Notes under the pieces: model-generated
Seen by the model: only the letters and a program-made list of their open reading frames with translations
The model's database searches: none
Told to the model about the DNA's origin: nothing
Shown: positions 10,258 through 20,626 of the stretch, one piece after another
Layout: each line of letters starts with the position of its first letter
How positions within the stretch are numbered: position 1 is the first letter of the stretch
Made by a program: the position numbers and the translations under genes
From: Longimicrobiales bacterium
GTDB taxonomy: Bacteria > Gemmatimonadota > Gemmatimonadetes > Longimicrobiales > Gaopeijiaceae
Length of the DNA: 64,000 bases
NCBI GenBank assembly: GCA_965202805.1
Contig: OZ241869.1
Span: 3,168,001-3,232,000, forward strand
Direction of reading: 5' to 3'

Positions 10258-12132
10258 CTATCGCGGGTTCGGCCGCCGCTCCCGTCCGTCCCGCCCCCGT
10301 TCCGGCGGTGCGAAGCGAGCCCGCGCCTCCCGAACGATCTCGGCGAACGCCGGGTCGCTGCGCAGGGGATCCCAGGTCGGATCGGTGCGCAGCATCATGA
10401 GCCGGGGGTCCGATGTTTCGAGAGCCTCCCGGAGCTGATCGAGGGCGCCTTCGCTGTCACCGGCCCAGAGGCTGGCCTCGGCGAAAGAGGTGGGCGCAAC
10501 CCGCCGGCCCTCGGCCGCGATGGTGTGCAGCCGGTCGAGCTGCCAGGACCAGTACCCGGCGGCGCCACCGGACGCGACCGCCTGTTCGAGCTGGTCGACA
10601 GCCTCCGCGCCGGGAGCATCCGGCCACCCATAGCTGCTCCAGCGGCGCATGGTCGCCACCGCGGCGGCGACGTCTCCCGCGGACGCGTGCATGCGCGCCA
10701 GCGTCTCCCACGCCGCGCTGGCGTTGGGATGGTCGACGAGCAACGTCTCCAGCACGTCAATGGCCGCGTGGATACGCCCGGTCCCGGCCAGCCGGCGCGC
10801 CACGAATACCTGGCGCCCGGTGTCAGTCCGCGTCGTCTGCAGGATACGGCGGCTCACGGCGTCCTCCAGGCCGCGGCCGATCTCCGTCGTGGCCACGGCC
10901 CAGGCGGTATCCAGCTCGGCCAGCGGCATCCCGCGGGGGTCGGACGCAGAGAGGGGAGGAGCGGGGATGGCCGTGTTCGGCGCGGGGATCTCCAGCGGCA
11001 GATTGCGCTCAAGGAACTGGAGCACGTCACGGGCCTCGGCGGAAGCCGGATCGAGCGCCAGGGCACGGGTTGCTTCCTCGCTTGCCTGCCCGACCTCCCC
11101 GGCATCCAGGAAGCCGTCTTCGATATCGGCCAGAAAGCGCGCTCCGGCCAGCCCCGCGAGTGCCCCGGCGAAGCCCGGGTCGCCGCGCAAGGCCTCCTGA
11201 AAGTACTCTACGGCCCGGCGGTATCCCTCGGGTGTGCCCAGCCCGAACTGGTACCGGCCCCTCAGGTACGCCTCCCGCGCCTGCGGATCGCCGCTCGGCC
11301 CGCTGCCCGCGACCAGCGCGACCTCTTCCTGCTGCGCGAGCCTCCCCGGCATTCCCGATGCCACCGTCATCGCCACTTCGCTCTGGAGCGCGAGCGGGTC
11401 GGCCATTTCACGGTCGAACCGGAAGGTCCGGATGTGCGAGTCGCTCGCGGCGTGGATGAGCTGGAGGGTAATGCGCACCTGGTCCCCTGCGCGGGTCACC
11501 GACCCCTCCACCAGAGCGTCGACGCCGAGTTCACGGCCGATCACCGGCGCTGGCGTGGTGATGCCCTCGTACTGCATCACCGACGTGCGGGAAGCCACCC
11601 GAAGCCAGTCGAGCCGGCTGAGCTGCACCGTCAGCTCTTCCTGCAGGGCGGATGCGAAATAGGCCTGGCCCCCGTCGGGGGAGAAATCGTCCAGAGGCAG
11701 CACGGCGATGGACGTGATAGGCTCGGAGGGATCGTACTCCTCCAGCGCGATGACCTCCTCCCCGTTGCCGGGCGTGAACGCGCCCCTGGCCGAGAGCCAG
11801 CCCGCCAGCCCGCCCGCAATGCCGACGGTGAAGACGAGGAAGACGATGCGGGGAAGCATGCCCTCCAGGCCGCCCCGTGTCCGCCGGATGCCCTCCCTGG
11901 TGAACTCGAAGATCCAGGCGAGCGCAATCCCGGGCGGGAAACCCAGCACGACGAGAACGACCAGGATGCGCAATCCGGTGTCGCCCAGACCGAAGGCCGG
12001 AAGGACGATCTCGCCCAGCTGGAGGAGCACGAAGGCGGCGGCGCAATACCCCAGGGCGAAGCGCACGACGCGCCTGCGCCGCATCTCGGCGACGAAGTCC
12101 GCGAAGGCGAATCGACGCTCGAGCTCGCTCAT
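10258..12132 (-). CDS. Membrane protein with TolB-N-like domain and TPR repeats
   Basis: EMRRRRVVR + TM helices, SIAVLPL, LRVASRTS, AYLRGRY, WDPLRSDPAF. Confidence 0.72.
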   Translation of the reverse strand: MSELERRFAFADFVAEMRRRRVVRFALGYCAAAFVLLQLGEIVLPAFGLGDTGLRILVVLVVLGFPPGIALAWIFEFTREGIRRTRGGLEGMLPRIVFLVFTVGIAGGLAGWLSARGAFTPGNGEEVIALEEYDPSEPITSIAVLPLDDFSPDGGQAYFASALQEELTVQLSRLDWLRVASRTSVMQYEGITTPAPVIGRELGVDALVEGSVTRAGDQVRITLQLIHAASDSHIRTFRFDREMADPLALQSEVAMTVASGMPGRLAQQEEVALVAGSGPSGDPQAREAYLRGRYQFGLGTPEGYRRAVEYFQEALRGDPGFAGALAGLAGARFLADIEDGFLDAGEVGQASEEATRALALDPASAEARDVLQFLERNLPLEIPAPNTAIPAPPLSASDPRGMPLAELDTAWAVATTEIGRGLEDAVSRRILQTTRTDTGRQVFVARRLAGTGRIHAAIDVLETLLVDHPNASAAWETLARMHASAGDVAAAVATMRRWSSYGWPDAPGAEAVDQLEQAVASGGAAGYWSWQLDRLHTIAAEGRRVAPTSFAEASLWAGDSEGALDQLREALETSDPRLMMLRTDPTWDPLRSDPAFAEIVREARARFAPPERGRDGRERRPNPR

Positions 12133-12192
12133 GGAAACCTCACGCTCGTCCGGCCCGTCGGCGCATCGTCGCGCCCCCGCGGGCAGCCGCCG

Positions 12193-12612
12193 CTACCCGT
12201 CCGCGGGAGCAACATCGGGATCCTCGAAGAGGTGGAGCGCCGACCCTTTAAAGACACGCCCCTTCGCGCGCACGCTGAATCTGTATCTCCCGGGAACCGG
12301 GAACACCACGTTCTCCACCGGCATGATCAGGCAGGTGCGGGCGGGCGGACGATCCGGCGCTCGCCGGTCGACCTGGGTCTCGCCCTCCACCGTCAGGCAC
12401 GGCTTCCTCGAAGGATCGAGCAGGTCGACCCGAAAACGATAGCTGCCCTCGTCGCTCCGGTCCCATTCGATGCCCGCCACGATCACCATCTGGCTCTGGA
12501 CGGCGGGAAACCCGGGCGCGAACAGGTCGTTGAAGGCGCCCTGGACGTCGATCCGGGTTCCGGAAGATGCCTGCCGCGCCGAGTCGCAGGCCAGCGAGAG
12601 ATACAGTTCCAT
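12193..12612 (-). CDS. Conserved hypothetical protein (DUF6941-like beta fold)
   Basis: LACD...GAFNDLFAPGFP...FPVPGRY pattern; ATG 5 nt after upstream stop. Confidence 0.55.
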   Translation of the reverse strand: MELYLSLACDSARQASSGTRIDVQGAFNDLFAPGFPAVQSQMVIVAGIEWDRSDEGSYRFRVDLLDPSRKPCLTVEGETQVDRRAPDRPPARTCLIMPVENVVFPVPGRYRFSVRAKGRVFKGSALHLFEDPDVAPADG

Positions 12613-12617
12613 CGCGC

Positions 12618-14330
12618 CTACGCTCCGGCGCCGGCCGATCGGTCCGCCGCTTCGCCGGGAGGTCCCCAGCCGCCGCCCCCGGGCGACTGGATGCTGATGA
12701 CGTCCCCCGCCTTCACCTCGAAGGACGCCTTGCCCGGCAGGATCCTCTCCCGGCCGCCGGAAATCAGCGTGTTCACCCCGGGCGCCCCGTCCTCCCCGCC
12801 GCGTGCGCCCGCCGGACCGCGGACACGCCGTTCGCACAGGAGCGTCGAGCCCCCGTCCACCAGCATCATGATATCCCGCCGCAGGCCGTCGCCCCCCCGA
12901 TACCGGCCCCGCCCCCCGCTGCCGCGCCGGAGCGAATAGCGCGTCACCCGGAAGGGATAGGCGTGCTCCAGCGCCTCCACGGGCGTGTTGAGCGAGTTGG
13001 ACATGTGGCAGTGAACCCCGGAGAGCCCGGGTCGGCCCGGACCGGCGCCCATCCCGCCCCCCACCGTCTCGTAGTACGCGAAGCTCTCGCCGCGAAGATC
13101 GACGCCGCCCATGGTGGTGTTGTTCATGGTTCCCTGGCTGAGCGCGGGCACGAGATCCGGCAGCGCCTCCCCGAAGGCGCGCAACAGTGTATCCGTGATC
13201 CGCTGGCTGGCCTCCACGTTGCCCGCGGCGACGCTGGCCGGCAGGCGCGCGTTGACCAGCGAGCCCGGCGGAAGGCGCTGTTCCACGCAGGTCATCGACC
13301 CGCCCCCGGCGGGCAGCTCCTCGCCCAGCAGCCCCTCCACAACGCAGCGCACCACGTAGCGCACAGCGGACGAGGTGATGGCTGCCACGGCGTTGATCCC
13401 GCCCTCGGTCTGGGGCGAGGTGCCCGCGAAGTCGATCACGAGCCCGTCCGGCGACACCTCGAGCGCCACCCGGATGGGCACGGGCCCGTGTCCGAACCCG
13501 TCGTCGTCCATGAAGTCCTCCGCCTCGAAGCGCCCCGCGGGCATGCGCCGGATGCCGGTGAGGAGGAGACGGTCGGCGTAGGCAACGAGCTCGTACATGG
13601 CGCCCAGCACCGCGCCGCTCCCCCGCCGCTCCACCAGGTCGAGCAGCCGGATCTGTCCCGTGTAGAGCGCCGCGATCTGCGCGTGCAGATCGCCCGCCCG
13701 CTCCACCGGGGTGCGCACGTTGGCCAGGATGGTGTCCCACAGCCCCTGCCGCCGCTTGCCGCGCACGAAGAGCCGCACGGGAGGGATGCGCAGCCCCTCC
13801 TGATAGATCTCCCGGGCCAGCGGCATCGATCCCGGGGTCATCCCGCCGACATCGGAGTGGTGCGCCCGCGAGGCGACGTAGCCCAGCAGCACGGCGTCGG
13901 ACCGGGAATACACCGGCGCGATGAGGGTGATGTCGGGGAGATGAGTCCCTCCCCGGAAGGGATCGTTGAGGCAGGCGACGTCACCCTCGGCGAGGGTGCC
14001 CAGCTCCGCAAGCGCCGCCCCGACGCTCATCGGCATGGCTCCGAGATGCACCGGCATGTGGTCTCCGAGCGCGACCGCGACGCCGTCCGGCGTGAAGAGC
14101 GCGCACGAGTAGTCGCGCCGCTCCTTGATGTTGGGAGAGAAGGAGGAACGCCGCAGCGCGGCCCCCATCTCCTCCGTAAGGGCCGCAAAAAGCTGCCGGA
14201 AGATTTCGAGCGTCACCGCGTCCGGGCGAACGCCGGAGATGCCGCGCGGATTTGCACCGCCCGGGGTCACAGCGTAACCTTGCTGGGCTTTTCCGCCGGC
14301 TTCCGAGTCGCCGGCGATGTCGTCATGCAT
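12618..14330 (-). CDS. Hydantoinase B / 5-oxoprolinase family protein (true start probably downstream of ORF start)
   Basis: SPNIKERRDYSCA, NDPFRGGTHLPD, HHSDVGG, YYETVGGGMG, NTPVE, PGGGGWG. Confidence 0.9.
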   Translation of the reverse strand: MHDDIAGDSEAGGKAQQGYAVTPGGANPRGISGVRPDAVTLEIFRQLFAALTEEMGAALRRSSFSPNIKERRDYSCALFTPDGVAVALGDHMPVHLGAMPMSVGAALAELGTLAEGDVACLNDPFRGGTHLPDITLIAPVYSRSDAVLLGYVASRAHHSDVGGMTPGSMPLAREIYQEGLRIPPVRLFVRGKRRQGLWDTILANVRTPVERAGDLHAQIAALYTGQIRLLDLVERRGSGAVLGAMYELVAYADRLLLTGIRRMPAGRFEAEDFMDDDGFGHGPVPIRVALEVSPDGLVIDFAGTSPQTEGGINAVAAITSSAVRYVVRCVVEGLLGEELPAGGGSMTCVEQRLPPGSLVNARLPASVAAGNVEASQRITDTLLRAFGEALPDLVPALSQGTMNNTTMGGVDLRGESFAYYETVGGGMGAGPGRPGLSGVHCHMSNSLNTPVEALEHAYPFRVTRYSLRRGSGGRGRYRGGDGLRRDIMMLVDGGSTLLCERRVRGPAGARGGEDGAPGVNTLISGGRERILPGKASFEVKAGDVISIQSPGGGGWGPPGEAADRSAGAGA

Positions 14331-14346
14331 GGCAACGGAGGTGAAA

Positions 14347-14616
14347 TTGTCGGATTCGAAGCTCCTGGATCGAGCCAGGGATGAACTTTTCAGTCACATC
14401 AACCGGTGTGGCGTGGTCGATGCCAGCGAGGCCGACCAGAGCGAGTGGATGAACGATACCATCGATTACCTCGCGGAACGCTATCCGACGCTCGCGGCAC
14501 ACGAACTACGCTTCCTGCATGCCGTCGGCATGCGCTTCTGTCAGCCCGCCATCGCCCGCGGCGCCGCCACCATCAGCACGGCCGGAAACTCCGCCGCTCC
14601 CGCCGGCCAGGAGTAG
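14347..14616 (+). CDS. Small conserved hypothetical protein
   Basis: GGAGG RBS before TTG at 14347; globular-looking sequence (ARDELFSHINRCGV...GMRFC). Confidence 0.6.
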   Translation: MSDSKLLDRARDELFSHINRCGVVDASEADQSEWMNDTIDYLAERYPTLAAHELRFLHAVGMRFCQPAIARGAATISTAGNSAAPAGQE

Positions 14617-14850
14617 TCGGGCGCCCGAGAATACCGCAGCCCGGCGCACCGGCGCAAATCTGTGCCGGTTCTCATCCAACCCGCACAACCATGCCGCGCA
14701 CAGTTCCGGCGGGACACCCCGGGAGTCTGGTTGCCGTATGGGCGCAAGGTTAGATTTGGCCACGCTCGCGCACGCGAAACTACAGGTATGCAGGTCGGCC
14801 ATCCTGCGGGCAGCCGGGTAGCGCCCCACATCTCCAACAGGAGGATGCGG

Positions 14851-15969
14851 ATGATGCAAGAGCGGTTCCTGAGCTCTGAAGAATACGATGAAGAAGCCTA
14901 CAAGCTGTATGATGAAGGCGATTACGAAGGGGCCCTCGAGATGTTGAAAGAGGGCCTTTCCTTATATCCCAATGCCGTGGAACTGTACGTCGGCATGGGA
15001 TACGCGCGGCTCGCACGCGAGGAATATGCCTGGGCCCGCGAGAGCTTCCAGTACGCCCTGATCCTGGATCCCGATCACGAGGACGCCCTGGTCGGCATGG
15101 GAGAGCTCCTCCTCCGGTTCGGCAAGACGGAACGCGCACTCCGGCTCTTCAGAAGGGTGGAGGCCCTCGGCTACGACACCGACCTCGACCTCATGCTGAC
15201 GATGGGCCGGGCGCTGTTCGGCGCGGGCCTCTACGTGGAGGCGCGCGATGCGTTCGCGAGACTTGTGGCAGCCAGGCCGGAATCGGCCGAGGCGGTCGCG
15301 GCGCTCGGGTACGCGCTTCAGCGCACCGGTAACGAGCTCGAGGCGACCCGCCACATCCGGCGTGCGCTGCGGCTGGCCCCGGAACTGCATGAGGCCCGCA
15401 TCTTCCTGGGTCATATTCTGTATGATCGCGCCGACCGCGAAGGGGCGATGCGGGAGTTCGAGCAGGTGCCGCCGTCCGAGCACTGGGACTCTCGGGCGGT
15501 GTGGCGCGTGATCGAACTGAACGCCTCCCTGAGGGGCATTCCGGTGGGCGATGCGCGCATGGAACCCTGGCAGACCCGGCTTCGGGAACTGGAGCACCTG
15601 TCGGATCCGCTCGACCGTTTGCTGGCCGAAGTGGAGGCGCAGGCTTCGGGCATCGCCGAGTCCGCGACGGACCACCAGCAGCTTGAGCTGTTCGAAGGTG
15701 CGTCGCCCGGGGACCCGGAAGCGCACCAGGTCCGTAACCGCGAAGGCCGGCCCTTCCGCGGAACCTGGCACGAGATCGTGCGCCAGATGCGCGACGACGC
15801 GGGGTTCTCGCACGAAACCGTTTCCCACTACATGCGGCGCCTCTCCGAGCGCTGGCGGGAGCAGTTCGGCCTGGAAGTCCCGATCGTGGATCCGGAGAGC
15901 TTTCTGACCGCGGCCATCCGGGCCGGGCTGATGCAGCGCGTCGACGACGATCCCGCCCCGCCCGAATGA
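14851..15969 (+). CDS. Tetratricopeptide repeat protein
   Basis: AGGAGG RBS; repeated TPR patterns (ALILDPDHEDA, ALRLAPELHEA). Confidence 0.8.
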   Translation: MMQERFLSSEEYDEEAYKLYDEGDYEGALEMLKEGLSLYPNAVELYVGMGYARLAREEYAWARESFQYALILDPDHEDALVGMGELLLRFGKTERALRLFRRVEALGYDTDLDLMLTMGRALFGAGLYVEARDAFARLVAARPESAEAVAALGYALQRTGNELEATRHIRRALRLAPELHEARIFLGHILYDRADREGAMREFEQVPPSEHWDSRAVWRVIELNASLRGIPVGDARMEPWQTRLRELEHLSDPLDRLLAEVEAQASGIAESATDHQQLELFEGASPGDPEAHQVRNREGRPFRGTWHEIVRQMRDDAGFSHETVSHYMRRLSERWREQFGLEVPIVDPESFLTAAIRAGLMQRVDDDPAPPE

Positions 15970-17090
15970 CTCCTCGGACCACATCGAAGCTCGCTTCGGG
16001 AGGCGGGTCCGGCGTGCCTGGGGCCGCAGGCGGGACGGCGCGCGTCGCGGTCATTCCCGGAGACGGCATCGGGATCGAGGTCACGGGGGAGGCGGTGCGC
16101 TGCTATCGGGCGGCGGCCGATCTGCACGGCGCCGAGGTCGACTTCGTCCACTGGGAGCTGGGCGCCGAACGTTTCCTGCGCGACGGTGTGACCATCACCG
16201 ACGACGAGATCCGCCGGCTTGCGGACAACTACGACGCCATTCTGCTGGGTGCCCTGGGCGATCCCCGGGTTCCCGACAACGCCCACATCCGCGACATCCT
16301 CCTGGGACTCCGGTTTCGCCTCGACCTGTACGTGAATTTCCGGCCCTGCGAGCTGCTCGATGCCCGTTACTGCCCGCTGAGGGACATTCCGGCCGGCGGG
16401 ATTCACATCGACATCTTTCGCGAGAGTACCGAGGGCGCCTACGTGAACATGGGCGGCCACTTCAAGAAGGGTACGCCCGACGAGATCGCCATCCAGGAGG
16501 ATGTGAATACCCGCAAGGGGGTGGAACGCCTGGTGCGCGCCGCCTTCGAGTACGCGCGCGGCGAGGGGAGCCGCCGGGTGACGATGGTCGACAAGGCCAA
16601 TGCGCTCCCGGCCGCGGGCGCCCTGTGGCGCAGGACCTGGGACGACGTGCGCGCCGAGTACGCGGAGATCGAGAGCGACGTCATGCTGGTCGACGCCATG
16701 GCCATGGACCTGGTGCGCCGCCCGGAGCGCTACTCCGTCCTTGTCACGTCAAATCTCTTCGGAGACATCATCAGCGATCTGGCCGCCGAGGTGACCGGGG
16801 GGCTTGGGCTGGCCCCCTCGGGGACCCTGCACCCCGGACGCCATGCCCTGTTCGAGCCCGTGCACGGCTCGGCACCGGATATCGCCGGCACCGGACGGGC
16901 CAACCCGATCGCCGCCGTCCGCTCGGCGGCCCTCATGGCACGCCATCTGGGACACGGCGCGGTCGCCGACGACATCGACCGCGCCGTCCGTCTCGCCCTG
17001 GCGGCGGGCCGGATCACCCCGGACCTGGGGGGCACGCTCTCGACCGTCGAGGCCGGGCGAGCCATACGTGACCGGCTGAGCGGGCCATAG
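15966..17090 (+). CDS. Isocitrate/isopropylmalate dehydrogenase family (LeuB-like)
   Basis: GDGIGIEV, NLFGDIISD, FEPVHGSAPDIAG motifs. Confidence 0.88.
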   Translation: MTPRTTSKLASGGGSGVPGAAGGTARVAVIPGDGIGIEVTGEAVRCYRAAADLHGAEVDFVHWELGAERFLRDGVTITDDEIRRLADNYDAILLGALGDPRVPDNAHIRDILLGLRFRLDLYVNFRPCELLDARYCPLRDIPAGGIHIDIFRESTEGAYVNMGGHFKKGTPDEIAIQEDVNTRKGVERLVRAAFEYARGEGSRRVTMVDKANALPAAGALWRRTWDDVRAEYAEIESDVMLVDAMAMDLVRRPERYSVLVTSNLFGDIISDLAAEVTGGLGLAPSGTLHPGRHALFEPVHGSAPDIAGTGRANPIAAVRSAALMARHLGHGAVADDIDRAVRLALAAGRITPDLGGTLSTVEAGRAIRDRLSGP

Positions 17091-17189
17091 CCGGACGCCC
17101 CCGCCGCCGAACCCCCGCCGCCCGGGACGCCACCACAACCCGTTAAGACACCACGAGGGACTGCACATGACCGATCGAGAGAGCCGCAC

Positions 17190-18392
17190 ATGACCGGACG
17201 CGAGAGGGGAATCGTCTTCCTGTCCGGAAAGCGGACCGGGTTCGGAGCGTTCGGCGGATCACTCAAGCATCTGTCCGCCACCGAACTCGGCGTCGCGTCG
17301 GGCAGCGCGGCCGTGGAGGCCGCCGGGCTCACGCCCGACCGGCTCGACCATGTCGTCTACGGGAATGCGCTCCAGACCTCGGGCGACGCCATCTACCTCG
17401 CCCGCCACGTGGGGCTCGGGGTGGGCACGCCCGACCGCGTCCCCGCGCTGACCGTCAACCGCCTGTGCGGCTCGGGCTTCCAGGCGATCGCCAGCGGGGC
17501 CCACGAGATCCTCCAGGGCGGCGCCCGGGCGGTCCTCTGCGGCGGGACCGAATCGATGAGCCAGGCGCCCCATGTGGTGCGCGGCGCGCGCTGGGGCAGC
17601 CTGCGCCTGGGGGACCCCGGCCGTTACTTCGAGGATTCGCTCTGGACCGCCCTCGAAGACACCAGCTGCGGCCTGACCATGGCGCAGACCGCGGAAGAGC
17701 TCGGAGACCGGTACGGGGTGACCCGCGAGTACTCCGACGAAGTGGCGCATCGCAGCCATGTGCGCGCCCGGGCCGCCTGGGAGGAAGGCCGCTTCGCCGA
17801 CGAGGTCGTCCCCATCACTCTCCGCACCCGCAAGGGCGAGAAGGAGTTCGCGGCCGACGAGCACATCCGCCCGGATGTCTCCCTGGAGGGGCTGGCCCGG
17901 CTGCGGCCGTATTTCCGCAAGGGCGGGTTCGTCACCGCCGGGAACGCGAGCGGCATCGGCGACGGGTCGGCCAGCACCGTCATCGCCGACGCGGCATGGG
18001 CGGCCGGCGAGGGGCTCTCTCCCATCGGGCGCCTGGTTTCGTGGGCTTTCGTGGGCGTGGAGCCGAGGATCATGGGCATCGGACCCGCTCCGGCCGCCCG
18101 CGCCGCCCTCGACCGGGCGGGCCTCGCGCTCGACGACATGGAGCTGGTCGAGGTCAACGAGGCGTTCGCACCGCAATACGCGTCCGTCGAGCGCGATCTG
18201 GGACTCGATCCCGACAGGACCAACGTCAACGGCGGCGCCATCGCCATCACCCACCCCCTGGCGGCCTCCGGGACCCGCATCACCATCCACCTGCTTCACG
18301 AGCTGCGGAGGCGCGGCGCGCGCTACGGGCTGGGCTCCGCGTGCATTGGCGGCGGCCAGGGTGGGGCCGTGGTCGTGGAAGCCTTCTCCTGA
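17190..18392 (+). CDS. Acetyl-CoA C-acyltransferase (thiolase)
   Basis: NRLCGSG, NEAF, HPLAASG, CIGGGQG. Confidence 0.93.
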   Translation: MTGRERGIVFLSGKRTGFGAFGGSLKHLSATELGVASGSAAVEAAGLTPDRLDHVVYGNALQTSGDAIYLARHVGLGVGTPDRVPALTVNRLCGSGFQAIASGAHEILQGGARAVLCGGTESMSQAPHVVRGARWGSLRLGDPGRYFEDSLWTALEDTSCGLTMAQTAEELGDRYGVTREYSDEVAHRSHVRARAAWEEGRFADEVVPITLRTRKGEKEFAADEHIRPDVSLEGLARLRPYFRKGGFVTAGNASGIGDGSASTVIADAAWAAGEGLSPIGRLVSWAFVGVEPRIMGIGPAPAARAALDRAGLALDDMELVEVNEAFAPQYASVERDLGLDPDRTNVNGGAIAITHPLAASGTRITIHLLHELRRRGARYGLGSACIGGGQGGAVVVEAFS

Positions 18393-18402
18393 GGAGCAAT
18401 AC

Positions 18403-19281
18403 GTGAACATCCAACGGATAGGGGTCGCCGGTTGCGGCCTCATGGGCAGCGGCATCGCCGAGGTTGCGGCCAGGGCCGGATTCGACGTCGTCGTGAGCGA
18501 GGTCGACGAGAACGCGCTCGAAGCCGGCAGGAGCCGGATCGTCAAGTCGATGGGCCGCGCGGTGGACAAGGAAAAGCTGTCCCCGGAGGCGCGTGACGAG
18601 GCCTGGGCCCGATTGTCCTTTACGACATCGCTCACGGACATGGCCGACAGGGACCTTGTGATCGAGGCGATCGTGGAGGACCTGGCGATCAAGTCGGAGT
18701 TGATGGGCGCTCTGGACCAGCTCACCGGTCCCGAAGCCATCTTCGCGTCCAACACCAGTTCCCTCACCATCACCGAAATCGCCGCCGCGACAAGCCGCCC
18801 CGACCGGGTGGTCGGCCTCCACTTCTTCAATCCGGTGCCGGTGATGAAGCTGGTGGAGGTGGTCCGCACCATCGCCACGGACGAGGAGGTCTTCAACGCC
18901 GCCTACCGGTTCGCGCGCGACCTCGGCAAGGAGCCGATCAGGGCGAAGGACAACTCGGGCTTCGTCGTCAATCTGCTGCTCGTGCCCTACATGCTGGACT
19001 CCATTCGGCAACTGGAGCGGGGCGTGGCCTCGGTCGAGGACATCGACAAGGGAATGATGCTGGGCACGGGCTACCCGATGGGGCCGTTCCTGCTGTGCGA
19101 CTTCGTGGGCGTCGACACGACGTACCGCATCGCGGAGATCATGTTCGAGGAATATCGGGAGGCGAGATACGCCCCCCCGCCGCTTCTCAAGCGCCTGGTG
19201 GCGCTGGGCAGATTCGGGCGCAAGACGGGGAAGGGATTCTACGACTGGAGCACAAAGCCACCGCGTCCGCTACCGCTGTAG
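18403..19281 (+). CDS. 3-hydroxybutyryl/3-hydroxyacyl-CoA dehydrogenase
   Basis: GAGGAG RBS + GTG; GCGLMGSG, SNTSS, HFFNP, GRKTGKGFY. Confidence 0.92.
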   Translation: MNIQRIGVAGCGLMGSGIAEVAARAGFDVVVSEVDENALEAGRSRIVKSMGRAVDKEKLSPEARDEAWARLSFTTSLTDMADRDLVIEAIVEDLAIKSELMGALDQLTGPEAIFASNTSSLTITEIAAATSRPDRVVGLHFFNPVPVMKLVEVVRTIATDEEVFNAAYRFARDLGKEPIRAKDNSGFVVNLLLVPYMLDSIRQLERGVASVEDIDKGMMLGTGYPMGPFLLCDFVGVDTTYRIAEIMFEEYREARYAPPPLLKRLVALGRFGRKTGKGFYDWSTKPPRPLPL

Positions 19282-19355
19282 CTTCACGTCGGGGATTCAA
19301 ACTGCAGGAGCCCTGCCCCACCGGGGGCGCGGGCCGTCGTCGGCTGGTGCGTCCT

Positions 19356-19556
19356 TCAGCGGCGAGACGAGGTTCGCCTCTGGCGCCGCCGCGCGCGGCG
19401 GATCGCGGCTTCCCTCTTCCGCTTGCGTTGCGCGCTCGGCTTCTCGTAGAAGCGGCGCTTGCGCAGTTCCGAGTAGAGCCCCGACCGCTGTACCTTGCGC
19501 TTGAAGCGCCGGAGCGCCCGCTCCAGATTCTCGCCTTCCTGAATCACGACTTCCAA
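19356..19556 (-). CDS. rpsU: 30S ribosomal protein S21
   Basis: [13 protein letters not shown]...[11 protein letters not shown] start after AAGGAAGG. Confidence 0.92.
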   Translation of the reverse strand: MEVVIQEGENLERALRRFKRKVQRSGLYSELRKRRFYEKPSAQRKRKREAAIRRARRRQRRTSSRR

Positions 19557-20152
19557 ACAGAGCCTTCCTTTTCCCTGTACCGCCGTTCCGCTCAACCCCG
19601 GGGGGCGATTGCCCTCGTGTCCGGGCAGGCAATCTAGTCGATTCCCGGTCTTCCCGGAATCCCCACACCCGGATTGGCCTGCGGCCGGGGACGGGCGGTT
19701 GACCCGGTCCGGTCATGGGCCGGCACCGTTCGGACTCACATTTTCTTCCTCCCCGGCATCGATGAGTGCGAAGGGCCGTTTTTTGTAAAACATCTGTATC
19801 GGAGCGATGTTCGAAGCGTCACGAACCACTTGATGGAAGGCGAACTCCGGCACCAACTTATCGAAGCACTGCGATCACCTCCGAACGTGCCTGCAGCTCT
19901 TGGGAACAAGTGAATTATGGTTTTTGTCCATATCTTGTAACTCGTTGTCATATCATGGGTTATAATATTTGGACCGCTGGCATTCATTTCGTTTTGAAGC
20001 TCTTGCGCACGCGCTCCGGACCTTATAGGATCGAAGCCTTGCGGGACGATCCCGCCGAAATGGATCCCGCTCCTTCGCGGGTTCTGCGGGAAGGCGTTGC
20101 CGGCGCCTCGATTCCAGTTCCGTTCACATCAGCCTGGGAGCCAACCGACAAG

Positions 20153-20347
20153 ATGTGGGAAACCCGATCCGTCAACCTCAACATCCGCCTGCCGCGCGAT
20201 GTCGCCAGGAAAGCCGAAGCAGTTCAGGAATCAAATCCGGAGTTTCTCAGCCATGTCCTCATCGGAGGACTCACCCGGCACAGCATCTACGAGCACCTGA
20301 AGGAGTACGAGGAGTCTCTCTCCCACTGCACCGGGGACGCCCGCTGA
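20153..20347 (+). CDS. Small hypothetical protein (possible RHH-like N-terminus)
   Basis: GGGAG upstream; SVNLNIRLPRDVA followed by amphipathic helices. Confidence 0.5.
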   Translation: MWETRSVNLNIRLPRDVARKAEAVQESNPEFLSHVLIGGLTRHSIYEHLKEYEESLSHCTGDAR

Positions 20348-20483
20348 GCCCAGGCCCGCCGCGTCCCTCCTCACGCAGGTCATCCGCGCATTCCGCAAGG
20401 TATCCCGACACTCCAGCCCCGCGCCCGCATTCTCCGCTTGTGGATGTTGGCCACGGGGGCGTTGCCGAGCCCTGCGCAGCCAT

Positions 20484-20499
20484 CGGCATGCTCCTTGCT
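20484..20499 (+). promoter_or_regulatory. Candidate sigma-54 -24/-12 promoter
   Basis: CGGCATgctccTTGCT has exact GG-N10-GC spacing, about 130 bp upstream of ORF 20627. Confidence 0.45.
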
Positions 20500-20626
20500 T
20501 GCATCCGGCATGGCATTGCGGAACCGGTTCTCATACAATAGACCCGCCTGAAAGAGGTCTCCTGCTCCAGACCTCGTCGGGCCGGAAGTCCGACGCACAC
20601 CGGATGCGGGGACAACAGGAGGAGAC

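Noticed and set aside
10156..12939. 927-aa plus-strand ORF and similar long antisense ORFs (5210-7321, 48282-50531, 52928-54847)
   Set aside because: Stop-poor alternative frames typical of high-GC DNA, overlapping genes with clear motifs.
19926..19974. dif site or oriC
   Set aside because: Only a partial XerD-like half on the minus strand and no clear TTATCCACA boxes; kept only as an unexplained dyad.
20506..20520. Second sigma-54-like site CGGCATGGCATTGC
   Set aside because: GG-GC spacing is 9 nt, not the required 10.
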